DNA of 48,181 nucleotides from NCBI GenBank assembly GCA_001724265.1, contig MEDY01000371.1, positions 1 to 48,181 on the forward strand, in the 5' to 3' direction. Below are positions 1 to 12,600 of this stretch, in pieces. The notes beneath the pieces are model-generated. The model made no database searches. It had not been told where the DNA came from and saw only the letters and a list, made by a program, of their open reading frames with translations. Both the position numbers and the translations under genes were made by a program. Each line of letters opens with the position of its first letter. Position 1 is the stretch's first letter. Source of the stretch: Rhizaria sp. SCN 62-66 (Eukaryota).

Positions 1-89
<89 letters not shown>

Positions 90-90
90 G
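1..90. repeat. (TTG)30 microsatellite; reads as poly-Asn (AAC) in the minus-strand gene; runs off the window edge
   Basis: Directly visible; in frame with the long minus-strand ORF starting at 2612. Confidence 0.97.
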
Positions 91-2129
91 CTGTGGTGGT
101 TGCGGTCGTGGCTGTCACTGGCATTGCCGTCCTCGAAGTCGCTGAGGCTGCTGCTGTCGCCGCCGGTGCCGTAATCAGTGCTGCCGCTGCCGCTGCCACG
201 GCCATTAGTGGCGGCGGCAGCAGCAGCAGCCTTGTCGGAGGGCTTAGTGTTGGAGCTGCTGCTCTTGCTGTACTGCAGCGGCTGCGGCTGCAGTTGTCCC
301 GATGAAAGCGTCTGAGACTGCGGTTGCAGCTGTGTGTGCGCCTGCGCCTGTGAGGCCGAGGGCCGACTCCAGACCACCGAGGACAGCGAGGCCAGGGCCG
401 ACGAGGCCTTGGTGGCCAAAGCGCCGACGACGCTGCTGCCGGCGCTACTGCTGGCGCTGGCAGCGGCGGCGGCGGCTGTCGCAGTCAAAGCGCTCGCGGT
501 GTTGTTGTTTTTGGAGTCTGGATCCGGGGTCAGGCTGACGCTAATGGCGGCGGGGGCAGCAGACACAGCCGCATTGTCGTTGTTCTTGTTTTTGTGAGAA
601 GTGACATCTAAGTAGCTCCTGCTCGCACCGACGTTGCTAACGCCGTTTGGCTTCGCTTGAGGCTGAATCTCATCAGATTCAGTGCTCGCGATCAGCTGTT
701 GCTGCTGGGGCAGCGATGATGAGGACGGCAAAGCTGCGCCTACAGCAGTCTTCCCCTTAGTCAAATGGCTTTGGCCACCCTTAGACTGGCAGTGGGCACA
801 CTTAGACTTCGAACACGCACCCTTACACTGACCACCCTTTGACTTGACTATCTTTCCCTTACCTTTACCCTTACCCTTACCCTTACCCTTGCTACGAGTG
901 TTTTGCTGCTGCTGCGGCGGCGGCTGCTGGAGGTACTTAGACGTGGCCGCGCCTGCCCAGACCGGTTTATACGGCGCGAAGGGGGTGTACACGCCCTGCA
1001 GCGGCGGGAACTGGCTGCGGTAGGTGCACCACACCGTGCCCGCGGCCTGCGCCATCAGCAGCGGCAGCGAGAAGGGCACCGGCAGGCTCCACGCGCCGAC
1101 GGACGCCGACGACGAGGGCGGCGGCGGCGGCGGTGGCAGCGAGGGGGGCGGGGGCGCCACAGCCGACTGGGGCTGAGATTGAGGCTGGTGAGACTGTGGC
1201 AGAGAGGGGCGTTGGCGGTGGGGCAGCGGCTGCAGCATTTGGCCCTGCTGCCCCTGCTGCTGTTGTTGCTGCTGCTGCTGTAGCTGTTGTTCAGGATTAG
1301 CCCCCGCCCCGTTACTATGAGGCAGGTACCCCACGGGTCCCGCATAGCTCATGTTGTACCCGACGCCCAGCCACGAGGCCGGCGCCGCCGTGAAAGGGTG
1401 CGCCCTGAGAAAGCCCGTGCGGGCCTGCACGAAAACACGCAGGGACCGAAAAAATCCGCCACCGCCGCCGCCGCTATTACTACTACTACTGCTGCTGCTG
1501 GTGTTGCTGCTGGCAGCGGCGGCGGCGGCGGGGGCGGCGAGAGTGTACGCGTTGCTATTGCTGTTGCTGGTGGGCGTCGCCGGCAGCATTGTAAGTGCCT
1601 GCTGGGTCTGGGCGGCAGAGGAGGATGTGAGTACCCCCGATGTAAGCGCCCCTCCGCCCGCCATATTAGGAGGCGGGGGCGGCGGCGGGGCGGAGTACCC
1701 GAGGTTGTAGAGCTCCTTGGCCGAGGCCACCGAGGGCGCCGTCAGCGGGCGCGGGCCTGGAAGCCCCGCGAGGACAAGGGGGAGCCGGGGACGCGCCGAC
1801 CGCGACTGAGGCTGCTGAGGCTGAGGCTGCTGAGGCTGAGGCTGCTGAGGGGGTTGTGACTGGGACAGGGACTGAGAGCTAGAGCTTGAGCTTGAGCTCG
1901 AGCTAGAGCTCGAGCTAGAGCTAGTGTAGAGATAGCTGTTGTTATGGGTATTGATGCTGCTGCTGATGCTGCTGCTGCTGCTAGTGCTATAAGCATTGTT
2001 ATTATTATTATTATTGGGTAAAAATGGGGCCAAGCCCGCAGTGACCCATAGTGGAGACACCAAAAGCTCGTATTTGTCACCCAACGACGCGGTCGCATCA
2101 GAACTCCCAACAGCTGCACTCGCAGCGAC

Positions 2130-2167
<38 letters not shown>

Positions 2168-2612
2168 TGCTGGTGATGTTGTTAGTGTTGTTGTTGTTGC
2201 AAGTGGGGGAGTGCGCGACGACTGTGTGCAGGGCGGTGTCGGAGTAGAGGTACGGCCCCTCCCGGCACTGGCGCCACAGGGGGCCCTGGGCCGCCGGCAG
2301 CATCCGCGGCGGCGGCGGCACGAACTTGGCACGCGTACTCGCATTCGCACCAGCCGCAGTCGCAGAGTCAGGAGGACGGTTGTGACTCGAGCTAGCGTTG
2401 CTGCTGCCAGGAGCAGCAGGAACAGTACTATTAGCAGCGTTGTCATGGCTGCTAGAGTCATTGCTAATGGTGCCATTGGTCTTTGAGTCGTTGTTATTGT
2501 GGTGCTGCAGCGTTGTGAGTAGAGAGGCCGCCTGCGACTAAGACAGAGGCTCCGGTGTCACAGGCATCGGGCTGGGCGGGCCAGACGGGGGCGCGGAGCC
2601 AGCAGAGAACAT
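1..2612 (-). CDS. ATG4: ATG4-like cysteine peptidase (family C54), N-terminal part, heavily expanded with low-complexity sequence; one in-frame TAG at 2538-2540
   Basis: Hand translation from ATG 2612 (MFSAGSAPPSGPPSP...) is open to base 1 apart from TAG at codon 25. Absent from the ORF track because its stop lies outside the window. TVWCTYRSQFPPL (~997-1035) resembles the ATG4 WxTYRxxFxxI motif. The catalytic SDxGWGC motif is not in the window. Probable 5'UTR intron 2702-2795 (GTATGA...CACAG). Confidence 0.55.
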
Positions 2613-3194
2613 TCACACACACACACACGATGAGGTTGACAAGTCTGTAGTTTGCTGTTGTTGTTTGAGTTAAGGAGGCTCTGGGAGGTGAGACGTCTTT
2701 TCTGTGCGAGGTGAGATACGAAAGCGTAGAATGAGGAAGAAAATAGTGGTTATAGATAGAATACAGAGATTAAAGCGCATGTAACAAGGTCATACATCGC
2801 AGAGAGAAGGTTTTGCGAAGACAGTGACACGATGGGGCGGATGACGGGGTGGGGTTCGAGAGGGGCGATGGGGCAGGAGGTTTATGCGGAAAGTGTGGGG
2901 TATCAATCCCTTTTTCTGAGGGTATAATTTACAGAGCAAGTAGATTGCTAAACAAAAACCACAGGAGCGGGCCGGTATCCACAACCGTCGGAGATTTCCG
3001 GTGTATCTAGCCTCGTTTTGGTCGACTTTGTTCGTGGTCAGCCTCGAAGCTCCCCCAGAAACGCATGTGGTGACATGCGAATTTCAAGCATATCTGCACA
3101 GAACAAAGCCAAGACGCATAAAAGGCAGTGTAAAGTGCTTCAATTAGCACCTCGATACAATATACTATTGACAGAGTATTACGCGTGTCGTTTA

Positions 3195-3716
3195 ATGCTG
3201 CGAACTCTGGTCGGAAAGGCGCAGGGCCTGGCCGTTCCAGCACCCATTCGGTCCAAATTGATCACGAACCTGCACTGCGTCGCTGATGTCACGCCCCAGT
3301 GGCACTCTAGCAGCACGATCTAGCCAAATCACACACAAACAGAGCGCACTGCCGTCGTATCACTCAGTTTCACTCACAAAGGCGTGCTTAGTAACGATGC
3401 AACGGTAGCAACAACGAGCACAGCTGCGGCTGTGCCTGCCGCCGCAGTTACAACGGCGACCGTGAGCCCCGAGGCTCCCGCTCGCGCCGCTGCCGGCCCT
3501 GCGGCACTGGGTGAGGCGGAGAGGGACGGTCTGGCGATCGGCGCGATGCTGGACGCACTGGCAACGCTCTCAACCGAGCAGCCAGAGAGGTTGGCGCTGC
3601 TGCTCCGCAAGCAAGCGACGCAAACTACTGTCACAAGTAGTATCAACCAACAAACGGGACAAACGGCCACGCAAACAGCGCAATCGCGAGCGCAGACGCA
3701 GCAAGAGGGCAATTGA
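3195..3716 (+). CDS. Hypothetical ~173-aa protein, possible mitochondrial presequence; one in-frame TAG at 3321-3323
   Basis: Track ORFs 3018..3323 and 3384..3716 share one frame interrupted only by TAG. ATG 3195 gives MLRTLVGKAQGLAVPAPIRSKL (basic, no acidic residues). The 3' half is GC-rich and coding-like, ends in TGA and is followed by AT-rich sequence. Confidence 0.5.
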
Positions 3717-4427
3717 GAGAGCTAAAACTCGTAATCTACGCTATTTCCATCTCTTGACCACTTTTGCAACTGTTTTGCGCATAATGGCTGCTTTAATAGC
3801 CAATAGCGCAACTGTTATCGCAGTTTGCGCCAGAGCTACAACATTTACAGAGACAATACATGCTTAGTTAGATTTAACTCACCACATTGCCAGTATAACA
3901 ACAATGCACATGCACAAACTCATTGGAAAAATTCCAACTTAAGCTTACATGTATTCTTTCACACACATCCAACAAGCAACGAGTCGCAACAACAAAGCAT
4001 CCAGTGCTTCGAGTTCGCTATCTATCGTTGTGCCGACGTATAACTACATCTTCATCTTTTCGAATACATGTACACATTGTACATGCAAAGCAACACAACA
4101 TTCAGAATAGTCACAATATACATCCCTCCGTCCATACATTCAAAAAAGAAGAGTCACAAAATTACCAGTTACATAGAAACAAACACAGCTAACGCAAAAG
4201 TAACTAGTTGCGACAAATGAACAACAGCAACAACAACAATCAACAATCATGAAATAATATTAATACACCACATTGGCAAGACAAGCAAGCAAACAAAGCA
4301 CCTGAAAAGAACACTCTTTTCCGATACGTGCTTTCACTTTGCCTCTTCCTTCTTCACTCTCAGCTCTTTCGCTTCAGCGTTTCGCTAGCCTTTCAGTACT
4401 TTCTCGTTCTTTGTTCTCGTCTCGTCT

Positions 4428-6533
4428 TCAGCAGTCGCAGCACGCGCCCTGCTTGTCCCCGGGCTGGTTGACCAGCATCATGACCGTGGGGGCCCGCACG
4501 ACCTCGATGCGCCCGTGGTCCATCTCCCACGCCTCGCCGTCGAGCTGCACGAACGTGTGCGACCGGACGGCCACGCGGGCGCCGGGAACCTGGCCGAGCC
4601 GCGCCGCGCGCTGCCCGGGGACGCGCATGACCGTGGCCGACATGTGATTGTACCCGTCGAAGCCGAGCACCTCGACCAGCCCGTCGTTGGAGCTGGGCGG
4701 CACGACCTCAGAGATGGCGTCGGAAGGCTTGCACTGCGCGGTCTGGCTGTCCCAGATGTCGCGACCGCCCGCGTAGGAGGGCAGGTTCAGGAAGACCAAG
4801 GCCTTCTTGGAGCTGGCGTCGACGCCCTCGGCGGGGGACCAGGAGGCCGGGAACTGACTGGCCGCCGCCGCCGCCGTCGCCGCGTCGAGGCTCGAGCCGG
4901 GGGACGGGGCCGGGGCCGAGGCGGAGGCGACCAGACTGGCGCTGGAGACACCAGTGCCGCTCAGGGCGCTGACTGAGGTGCCCGAGTTCGGCCCCGTCGC
5001 AGTCGCGTCTGAGCCAGCGTTGTTATTGGGGTTGCCGTTGCTGTTGGTTGCGCTGGGGGTGAGGTAGTCCACCGCGAGGTCCAGCGGGCGGGACTTGCAG
5101 GAGCAGCAGTTAATGGGCGCGAACAGCCCCACCCAGACCATGTTGCAGCAGCGACAGCAGTAGCACCCGGGGGAGGTTTCGCGGTGACGGTGGAAAGAGT
5201 CCATGATCTCGGCGTCGATGCCGAAGCTGAAGTAGTTGTTGAACGTCCATTGCAGGTGCAACTCGCCGTCGGAAACAGCGCCTGCATTCGAGGCAACAGC
5301 ACTCGCGGTCACGGTGTTGTTATTGTTGTTGGCCGTGGAGCCGTACGCGGTCTGAGTGGCGCTGGCACCGACGACAGCCACCGTCAAATCGTCGCTATTT
5401 GCAGCCTTAGCGGTGTGAGAGTTGTTGTTCACCGAGGTGTTGGCGCGGGACAGACTGGCTAGAGTGCGCGAGTTGGCCGTGATGCCAGCGCCCGCGAGCG
5501 TGGCGTTGTATTCGGCGGCCGACAGCCGCGGCATGCGGCGCAGAAACGAGTGCAGTGTCTGCTGCGTCGCTGCCTCGCCGTTATCAACGGCACCCGCAGT
5601 CGCACTGGAAGTGGACTCCTCCTCGGTGTTATGAGAGCTCGCATTGCCAGCGTTGTTGGCAGCGGCGGCGCGCGCGGCGGCGGGCTGGATGGGAAAGGAC
5701 AGCAGCACCGACCAGCGGTCGAAGGGGCGGGTCGGGCAAGTCGCCTGACGCATGCGGCGCAGATACGTCACGACGGTCTTGGCGTCGCGGAGCTTGTGCG
5801 ACCAGCCGAAGTGGCGCGAAGTGTCGTTGCCCGTGCCCAGAGGGATAATCCCCACCTTCGGCTGCGGCGACATCCGCAACTTCGCGATCGAGGACAGCAC
5901 CCAGTTGACTGTGCCGTCGCCGCCGCAGGCCACGACGCGCAGGCCGGCCACGTCGCGGTGCTGGGCCAACACTTCGACGGGGTTCGTGGTCGCCAGGTTG
6001 AAGACTCTGTCGCGGCCGAGCTCCGCCTGCAGGATGCGCACCAGCGAGAGGCCCTTCTTGCCGCCAGACTTGAAGTTGACGAACGCGATCAGGGGCGCCT
6101 GCGAAGAAGAAAGAGGGCAAGAGAGAGCAATGCGAGGGAAAAGTGACGATATATGACGGTGGGTATATGAGGAATTTTTGAGATAAATTTAGACATGGGA
6201 GTAGATAGCGTCTAATTATATTGAAAAAGTAAGAGCGTATATCGCATGCGTGCTATATGCGCGAGATATCTTGTGTGTCAGAAGACGGACCTGCGCCTCA
6301 GTGGACTCGGGGCCACCCGCTCCGGGGGTGAGGAAGGGATTGGAGGCCGACTCCGCGGGCTCGAAGTGCGTGCGCGACACGGGCGCGTTGGCGGGCTCGG
6401 CGAGCGTCATGTTGACGGTGGCCACGGACATGGCAACGCTGTTGCTGCGGTTGGACCCCGCCTGGGGCGAGGCGTCGCCGGCGGCGGCAGTGTGACTCAT
6501 GTCGCCAGCTTGGGACGAGGACGAGGACGACAT
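4428..6533 (-). CDS. DGK: Diacylglycerol kinase (catalytic + accessory domains, no C1 domains), 637 aa; exons 6533-6291, 6098-4428
   Basis: Motifs FVNFKSGG, VACGGDGTV, IPLGTGND, FNNYFSFGIDA, NLPSYAGG, DGLVEV, QLDGEAW. A GTCCGT...CAG phase-0 intron joins the frames. Confidence 0.93.
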
Positions 6534-9500
6534 AGGATCTGAGCAAAGCAAAAGCAAGGCGCAAACTGTTTAGAGGACAGGGTTGGGCTTGCACAGGAGT
6601 GCTTTGTTGCGAGACCGAGGAGGAGAGGGATGGACACGGAAACGAGTGTTTGTGTCGGCGGGAACTGGAGTGACGACGAGAGAACACAGACGGAGAACGA
6701 CAGAAGATGTCATGAGATAGAAGAGAAACAAGATATACACAGTGCAACACACTAGAAACTTGATATTAGAAGAACTTTGCCTTATCTTTGTTTCGATGTG
6801 AGGAAAGTGCAGAGTGGGGGAGCAGCTCGGAGGTCGGGAGAGCGCGAGACACCGATACGGGGCAAGTCGGTCACTTTGGCAGCATAGAAGAGAGCCAACA
6901 TAGCTCCACAAGCGCGTGGCATTTTATACAAAGTGAAATAACAATGTAAACTACAGTATCACAAAGCGCGTGAACGGGCTGACGCAAAGAGGAGGCTGGT
7001 GTGAGTACGTCGTCGCGGCTTTCGCGCGAGAGCTTCACGGCTGCGCCAGCCACGAACCATAAAAGGGAGCGGCAAAAAGCATGTCTGGAGGCATGTGGAG
7101 AGGCACAAACACAGGCATATGCAACATTAACTGATGCAAGCCAGCTTAAAATTGAAAGATAACATTTAGTGCAAAAATACAATATGCATTCTCGGAGAAA
7201 AGTACACTGTTTAGTAATTATTATGTTGACTAATCTTGATGTAAGTGCAGTGATGTCGTCACTGGTTCAGTGGTTTTTGAGACGCACATACAAGATTTGA
7301 CGACATGAACACCTTGCGTTGATCATAATCGTCATGATTTCGGAAACACCGTGGCGGTTTTATAATTCAAAAGTGTTTTCGACTCGAGTTCCTATCTTCG
7401 AAGCCCGCTATTCTTGCTCCGAGTGCCTGTGCCGCATTTCTCCGAAGTAACGAGAGGCTGAGTTGATTGAGATAGAAAGAGAGTTTTGTTTTTGATTATA
7501 GCGTGAATTGTATTAGATATCCCTGTACATTTTTAACAGTACATGAGACAGAACAAATCTATGCAGTAGTCACTTCAACTAATGACATCAGAGCTTAACT
7601 CGAAGCAATGAATTCCACCCACAGCGACGAAGCGCGAGCTCTCTAGACACAACCTTGAGTAGCGTCAAGAGAGCGCGTCGCCGCAGCAGCGAGATGTGGG
7701 TTATCGATTCATGCAAGTACGGGGTGCTTAGACTGGGCACTGAGATCAGAAGAGTCACTACTTTAACTGTGGCTTACACACGGAGGCGACAGGCACTCAC
7801 ACGAAACACACGCACAGCGCACAACGAGCAGGCACAACAAAGATATAGCGACATATCCACGTTGCTCGCCGTTTGTGCCGCGCCTGCGGTGTAGGTGCCC
7901 CTTAGAAGACTAACACACACCATTGCGGAATAACAGGGCTTAACTTCGCATACTTAGACGCCTCGCCACCTACTTACACCGACACCGAAGACGCGACTGC
8001 GAACATCACCCACGCCACTTTACGCCGGTGTAAGTACCTACTTAGATCAGCCTCTATAGAGGACCGAGAGTGGTGCTAGACACACAGCGCAGCAGCAGCA
8101 GCAGGTATGAGCGTGACCGTGTAAGAAACACAGCTAACGTCAGCAGAGGCAGCAGCGGAGAGAGATGAGGCAGTGAGGACGACAAAGCAGACTGAAGAGG
8201 AGACGGAAGAGCTGGGGAACGACGGATAGAGCCCCTGCTCCTGGCACAGCAGCGGCGGCGGCGGCAGGAAAACATGCGGAGACAGCGACCGAGGCAGAGT
8301 AAGCAAAGCAAACAACAGATGAAAACAAAGCGAAAAGAGAAAGAAGAGAGTTGTTGGAGCCGTTGAAGCTTGACTTTCATGGCATTTGGTACCACGTAAT
8401 TGCGATCATAAGAGTGAACGGATCACACGAGTGCTGTTTAAGTATACCGTACACGTGTCTCACTTGACTGAGGCGAATGAGCGTGTCACTGTTATGTACC
8501 AGTTAAGGACCCCGTGCACGTGTCATATGCGTCGTTGCGTGCGTTATTGAGGAGCTGCAGAGCAAGAACAGGGAAATGTAAGTGTGCACATCTAAGTACG
8601 GGGTTTAAGGGCGGCTTATCAGGGCTAACCGAGGAGACACTCTCGCGTCTCTTGGTCAGCAGTGCAAGTACTCCCTTAGACACTCAGATAAACACCAAAC
8701 AAACCAGCAGTCGCTAGAACAACCACAAAAGACACACAACAACAACGACGCATTTAACAGCCGACACAATAACAGCAAACCCTGCATTCACAAGCAAAGA
8801 GAGGGCATAAGCGATACCAACACTAATCTGACACGAGACTCAAAGGACTCACCAAGACGGGTTAACCAAAGACGACAAGAAGAAAGAACAAACAAACGGA
8901 GACACCAACCCTATTCCCTCGTTCTCGTTGCGTTCTTGTCAGCTTGCTTATTGCCTTGATTTGAGAAGCTGCTTCGCTTGTCGTTGCAGCAGCAGCCAGC
9001 GGCAGCAGCGCTGAGGCAGGCGTTACCCACAATGAGAGCGTGTCACGTTGTGACATAAACACGAAACGAAAAAAAGCAACGGGAGAGAGAAACATACGAA
9101 AAATAAAAAGCATTATAAAAAAATAAGTTGCATCAAGGTAGCGTGAAAAAAACAAACACTTGAGAGGAAAAAATAGGTGGAGTGTTGCCGTAACAAGAAG
9201 CGCACAAAAGAGCTCTTTGTTGCAGCCGTCTCCCATTGCTTTCCACACGCGCTCGCAAGCAGACACAGACAGTAACAAACGCCACTGTGTCCAGTGATGT
9301 GTGTCGCCGCCGCGACTGCTTGGCGCACGCGTGCAAAAGCACTCGTCGTCATGTGTTACTGATGCGTGGTTGAGTGGTGCTGAGAAAAGGAAAGAGCGAG
9401 CGAAAATAACAAAGCTAATGCTATTTTCGCACGCCACATTCCAATTGAGCAACAGCTCAAACGCTCACAAAACTGCTTCTTGGAGATTGTTAAGAGCAGG

Positions 9501-9624
9501 GTTGCGCCAAAGTTAACACACGCAAATGAGCTTTAGCTCGTAAAGTTGGTGTTGTTAAAAAGCCAAGTTACGAGCCTGAGTTGTTAAGTATGTAAAAGCA
9601 GGCACTTTGACCAGTGTAAGTCGC

Positions 9625-12600
9625 TTACGCGGTCTCAGTCTCCTCCTCGGCCGCGGGGGCAGCAGTGAAGGCAGGCTCAACGTCCTCAACGACCTCCTCA
9701 TCCTCCTAAAAAAGCAGCAAGATTTTTGAAGCACAAGATGTGAGCGTGTAGTTCTAAAATTAACAGAAAATATAGTAGAAAACAGTTCATAGGCAAACAT
9801 ATAGTTATATTTCGGTTTCGATCAAGTGCGTACCTGGTAGGCGGCGACGGCCTCCTCGTCGTCGTGGTGCTCCTCGGGAACCGAGATGGCGACGCCGTTG
9901 GTCTCGTCGTGGTGCTCGGCCGCGGTGTCGCGGTGGGCCGCGGCGGCGGGGGCGGTCTTGATGACGGGCATGACGTAGGCACCGTCGGCCACGACGGTCA
10001 GAGCGCGGTCGCGCTTACCGTTGAGCGTGTCGGCCTTGTTGCTGGAGCAGCAGACGGAGCCGAGCGCGGCGAGGAAGAGAAGCACGGGCTTCATGAGGAT
10101 GATCTCGACACCGATGGTGGCGAAGGCGGAGCCGATCCACTTGCCGAAGGTCGTCTCGACGGTGTTGCCGAGCTGGATGCCGAAGGCGATGATGAGCACG
10201 GAGCAGGCGACGGCCCACGCCAGGAAGAAGGCGTACAGCACAACGGCGGCAACGCCGGTCTGCACGTCGTGGGTCTTGATCGAGCGGGCGAGGACGTCGG
10301 CGTCGATGGCCAGGCTGGCGCGCGCGGCGGCGTGCGCGGCGGCGAAGTTCTCAGACTCGTATTCGCGGACGACCTGGGCGTAAGCGGCGTCGTTGGCGCC
10401 GTTGCGCTGCGCGCTGAGGCGGTCCTGGTCGGCGGGCGAGAAGAACGAGGTCGAGCCGGTGACGTAGAGCTTGGCGACCTCGTAGGCGTAACGGTACACG
10501 AAGTTCTTGGGGGCAGACTTGGAGTGGGTGGCGTTGAGGAGCACCTTGAAGATGATGGCAACGATCGAGACGACGAGCGCAGCGAGGAAGATGACTCCGC
10601 CGTAGTTCTCGAGGTCGGAGCGCGAGGACTTGCCGCCCCAGAACATGGCGGTGATGCAGAAGGCGGTGAGGTAGACGATCATGGCCGTGAACATGCGGGG
10701 CGTGCTCGAGACGTTGTCGAGGACGTTGCGCGTGAAGACGGAGAAGAGCAGGTGATAATCGCCGATGAGGAGACCGGCGCGGCGGATGACGAAGTCGCAG
10801 GCAGACGCCTCCTCGGGGAGCGCGGAGGTGGTGGGCGAGCGGCCCGTGTTCCACTGGAGCGCGAGCTTGTGGGCGGCCTTGGTCTTCTTGGACATGTCGT
10901 AAATCTTGACGAGGCCGCAGAAGACGAGCATGGCGGCGATCCACACGATGACGACGTAGAACGGGGTCATGTTGTCCTCGAAGTTCTTGTTGTTGAGGGT
11001 GAGCCAACGGTCGGCGGAGAACATGGCCGAGCCAGTGACGACGCGGACGTGGGTCAGGTGAGTGCACTTGCAGACGGTGAGGTCCTCGGTGTGCGAGTCG
11101 ACTTCGCAGCCGGCCGTGGACCAGAAGTTAGCCTCAGTGAGCTCCTCGGCGACAGAGTCCTCGAGGAGGAACTCGCAGAGAGGGAACTCGTGGTTCTCGG
11201 ACTTGAGGCCGCCGGCGTGCTTGATGGTGAAGAGAACCTCGTTGATCGCGCTAGTGTCGATGCGAGCACCGTCAACGGTGTAGAACTTCAAGCCGGAGAC
11301 CGTGGAAACGGCGGACTCCTCGCCCTGGTAGCCAACGCGGGACAGGAAGGCCTGTGGGGGTATTCGTAGAGTCGAGAGAGGATATTGTGAGATATAATCA
11401 AGATTAAGAGAAATGCAAGGAAGAATATGAAGACGTTAAGCAAAAATACAAGAAGATTTTTTAAACAAAGCACGAACCTGGTTGGAGAGGGTGGAGGAAG
11501 CGACGTCGATGGCGGCAACGCCCTTGGCAGCGAGGGCCTCGAAGAAGTCGGCCGAGACGGCGACGGCGGGCGAGCGGGTCTTGGAGAGCGCAGCCTGGGC
11601 GTCAGCGATCGAGAGGCGGGAGACGGTGAGGGACACCGCGCCCGAGGTGGTGGACACGGTAGTGCCGACGGGGGCGTTGGCGAGCAGGGCCGCGACGATG
11701 TAGTCGAAGTCGGTGGTAAAGCGCTGCATGAGGTAGGTGATCTCGCTCACGTCCTCGTCGTCGACGGCCGCGCCGGACAGCGATGAGAAGATGGCGACAG
11801 CGTTCTCGCCGAGAGCCTTGGTAAGAGAACCCGCCTTGGCGAGGTCACTGAGCGCGGCGGCGACGAGCGCGGCGGCGTCGGAGCGGAGCGTGGCCGTGGT
11901 GAGCGCGGGCGTGTCGACGAGCTGCTTCACGAGAGCGACGAGCGTAGTCGACTGGTGCGCGGTGGCCGCGGCGCCGAAGTCGGCGGCGGCGACGAGCTGC
12001 GAGTTGGCCTCGAGCGACGTGAGCAGCGCAGCGCGGAGGGTAGTGGTGTTCGCCCGGCCGAGCAGGTCGGTGAACGCGGCGAGGTACATCGCGCCGTTGC
12101 CCGCGGCGATGGCGGCCGAGAGCTGCGACTCGAGGTAGGGCGCAGAGGCAGAGGAGGAGCCGACCATGTAGGTGAACTGGGCGGTGGAGGTCAGGCCGAC
12201 GGGGTTGGTGACGACGATGGTGAACTGGTGGGTACCGGCAGCGAGGACGGTGTAGAAGACGCCCGCGGCCGAATCAGAGACAACGACGGCGGCGTTGTTG
12301 ACCTGCTTGGTGACGACGTAGTGGACGGCGTCGGCGACGGTGCAGTCGAACTTGTACTCGGACGCGAACTTGGAGCCAGTGCAAACAGCGGCAGCGGGGG
12401 CCGCGGCGAAGGTCACGGTGACGGAGCCCTGGGCAGCGATGGCCGCGAGGCCCGTAGCGGACGTGGGGAGCTCGGTCTCGGAGGCGTAGAAGGTGCACGT
12501 GAGGCTGCCGCTGTTGGCGAAGCCGAAGGCGGTCTTGGAGATGGTCACGGTGTTGGAGTCGACAGCGGCACCGGCGACAGCGTAGGACTTGACGGCGAAG

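Noticed and set aside
856-890. (CCCTTA)n run resembling a telomeric repeat
   Set aside because: It lies in frame in the ATG4-like gene and encodes KGKGKGKG; short and internal.
2755-2785. ATACAGAGA resembling the U6 snRNA box
   Set aside because: Flanks do not match U6; it is the complement of an intron pyrimidine tract.
9820-9840. GATCAAGTG resembling U2 snRNA, and ACTTACCTG at 23260 resembling the U1 5' end
   Set aside because: Both are reverse complements of splice donor regions in protein-coding genes.
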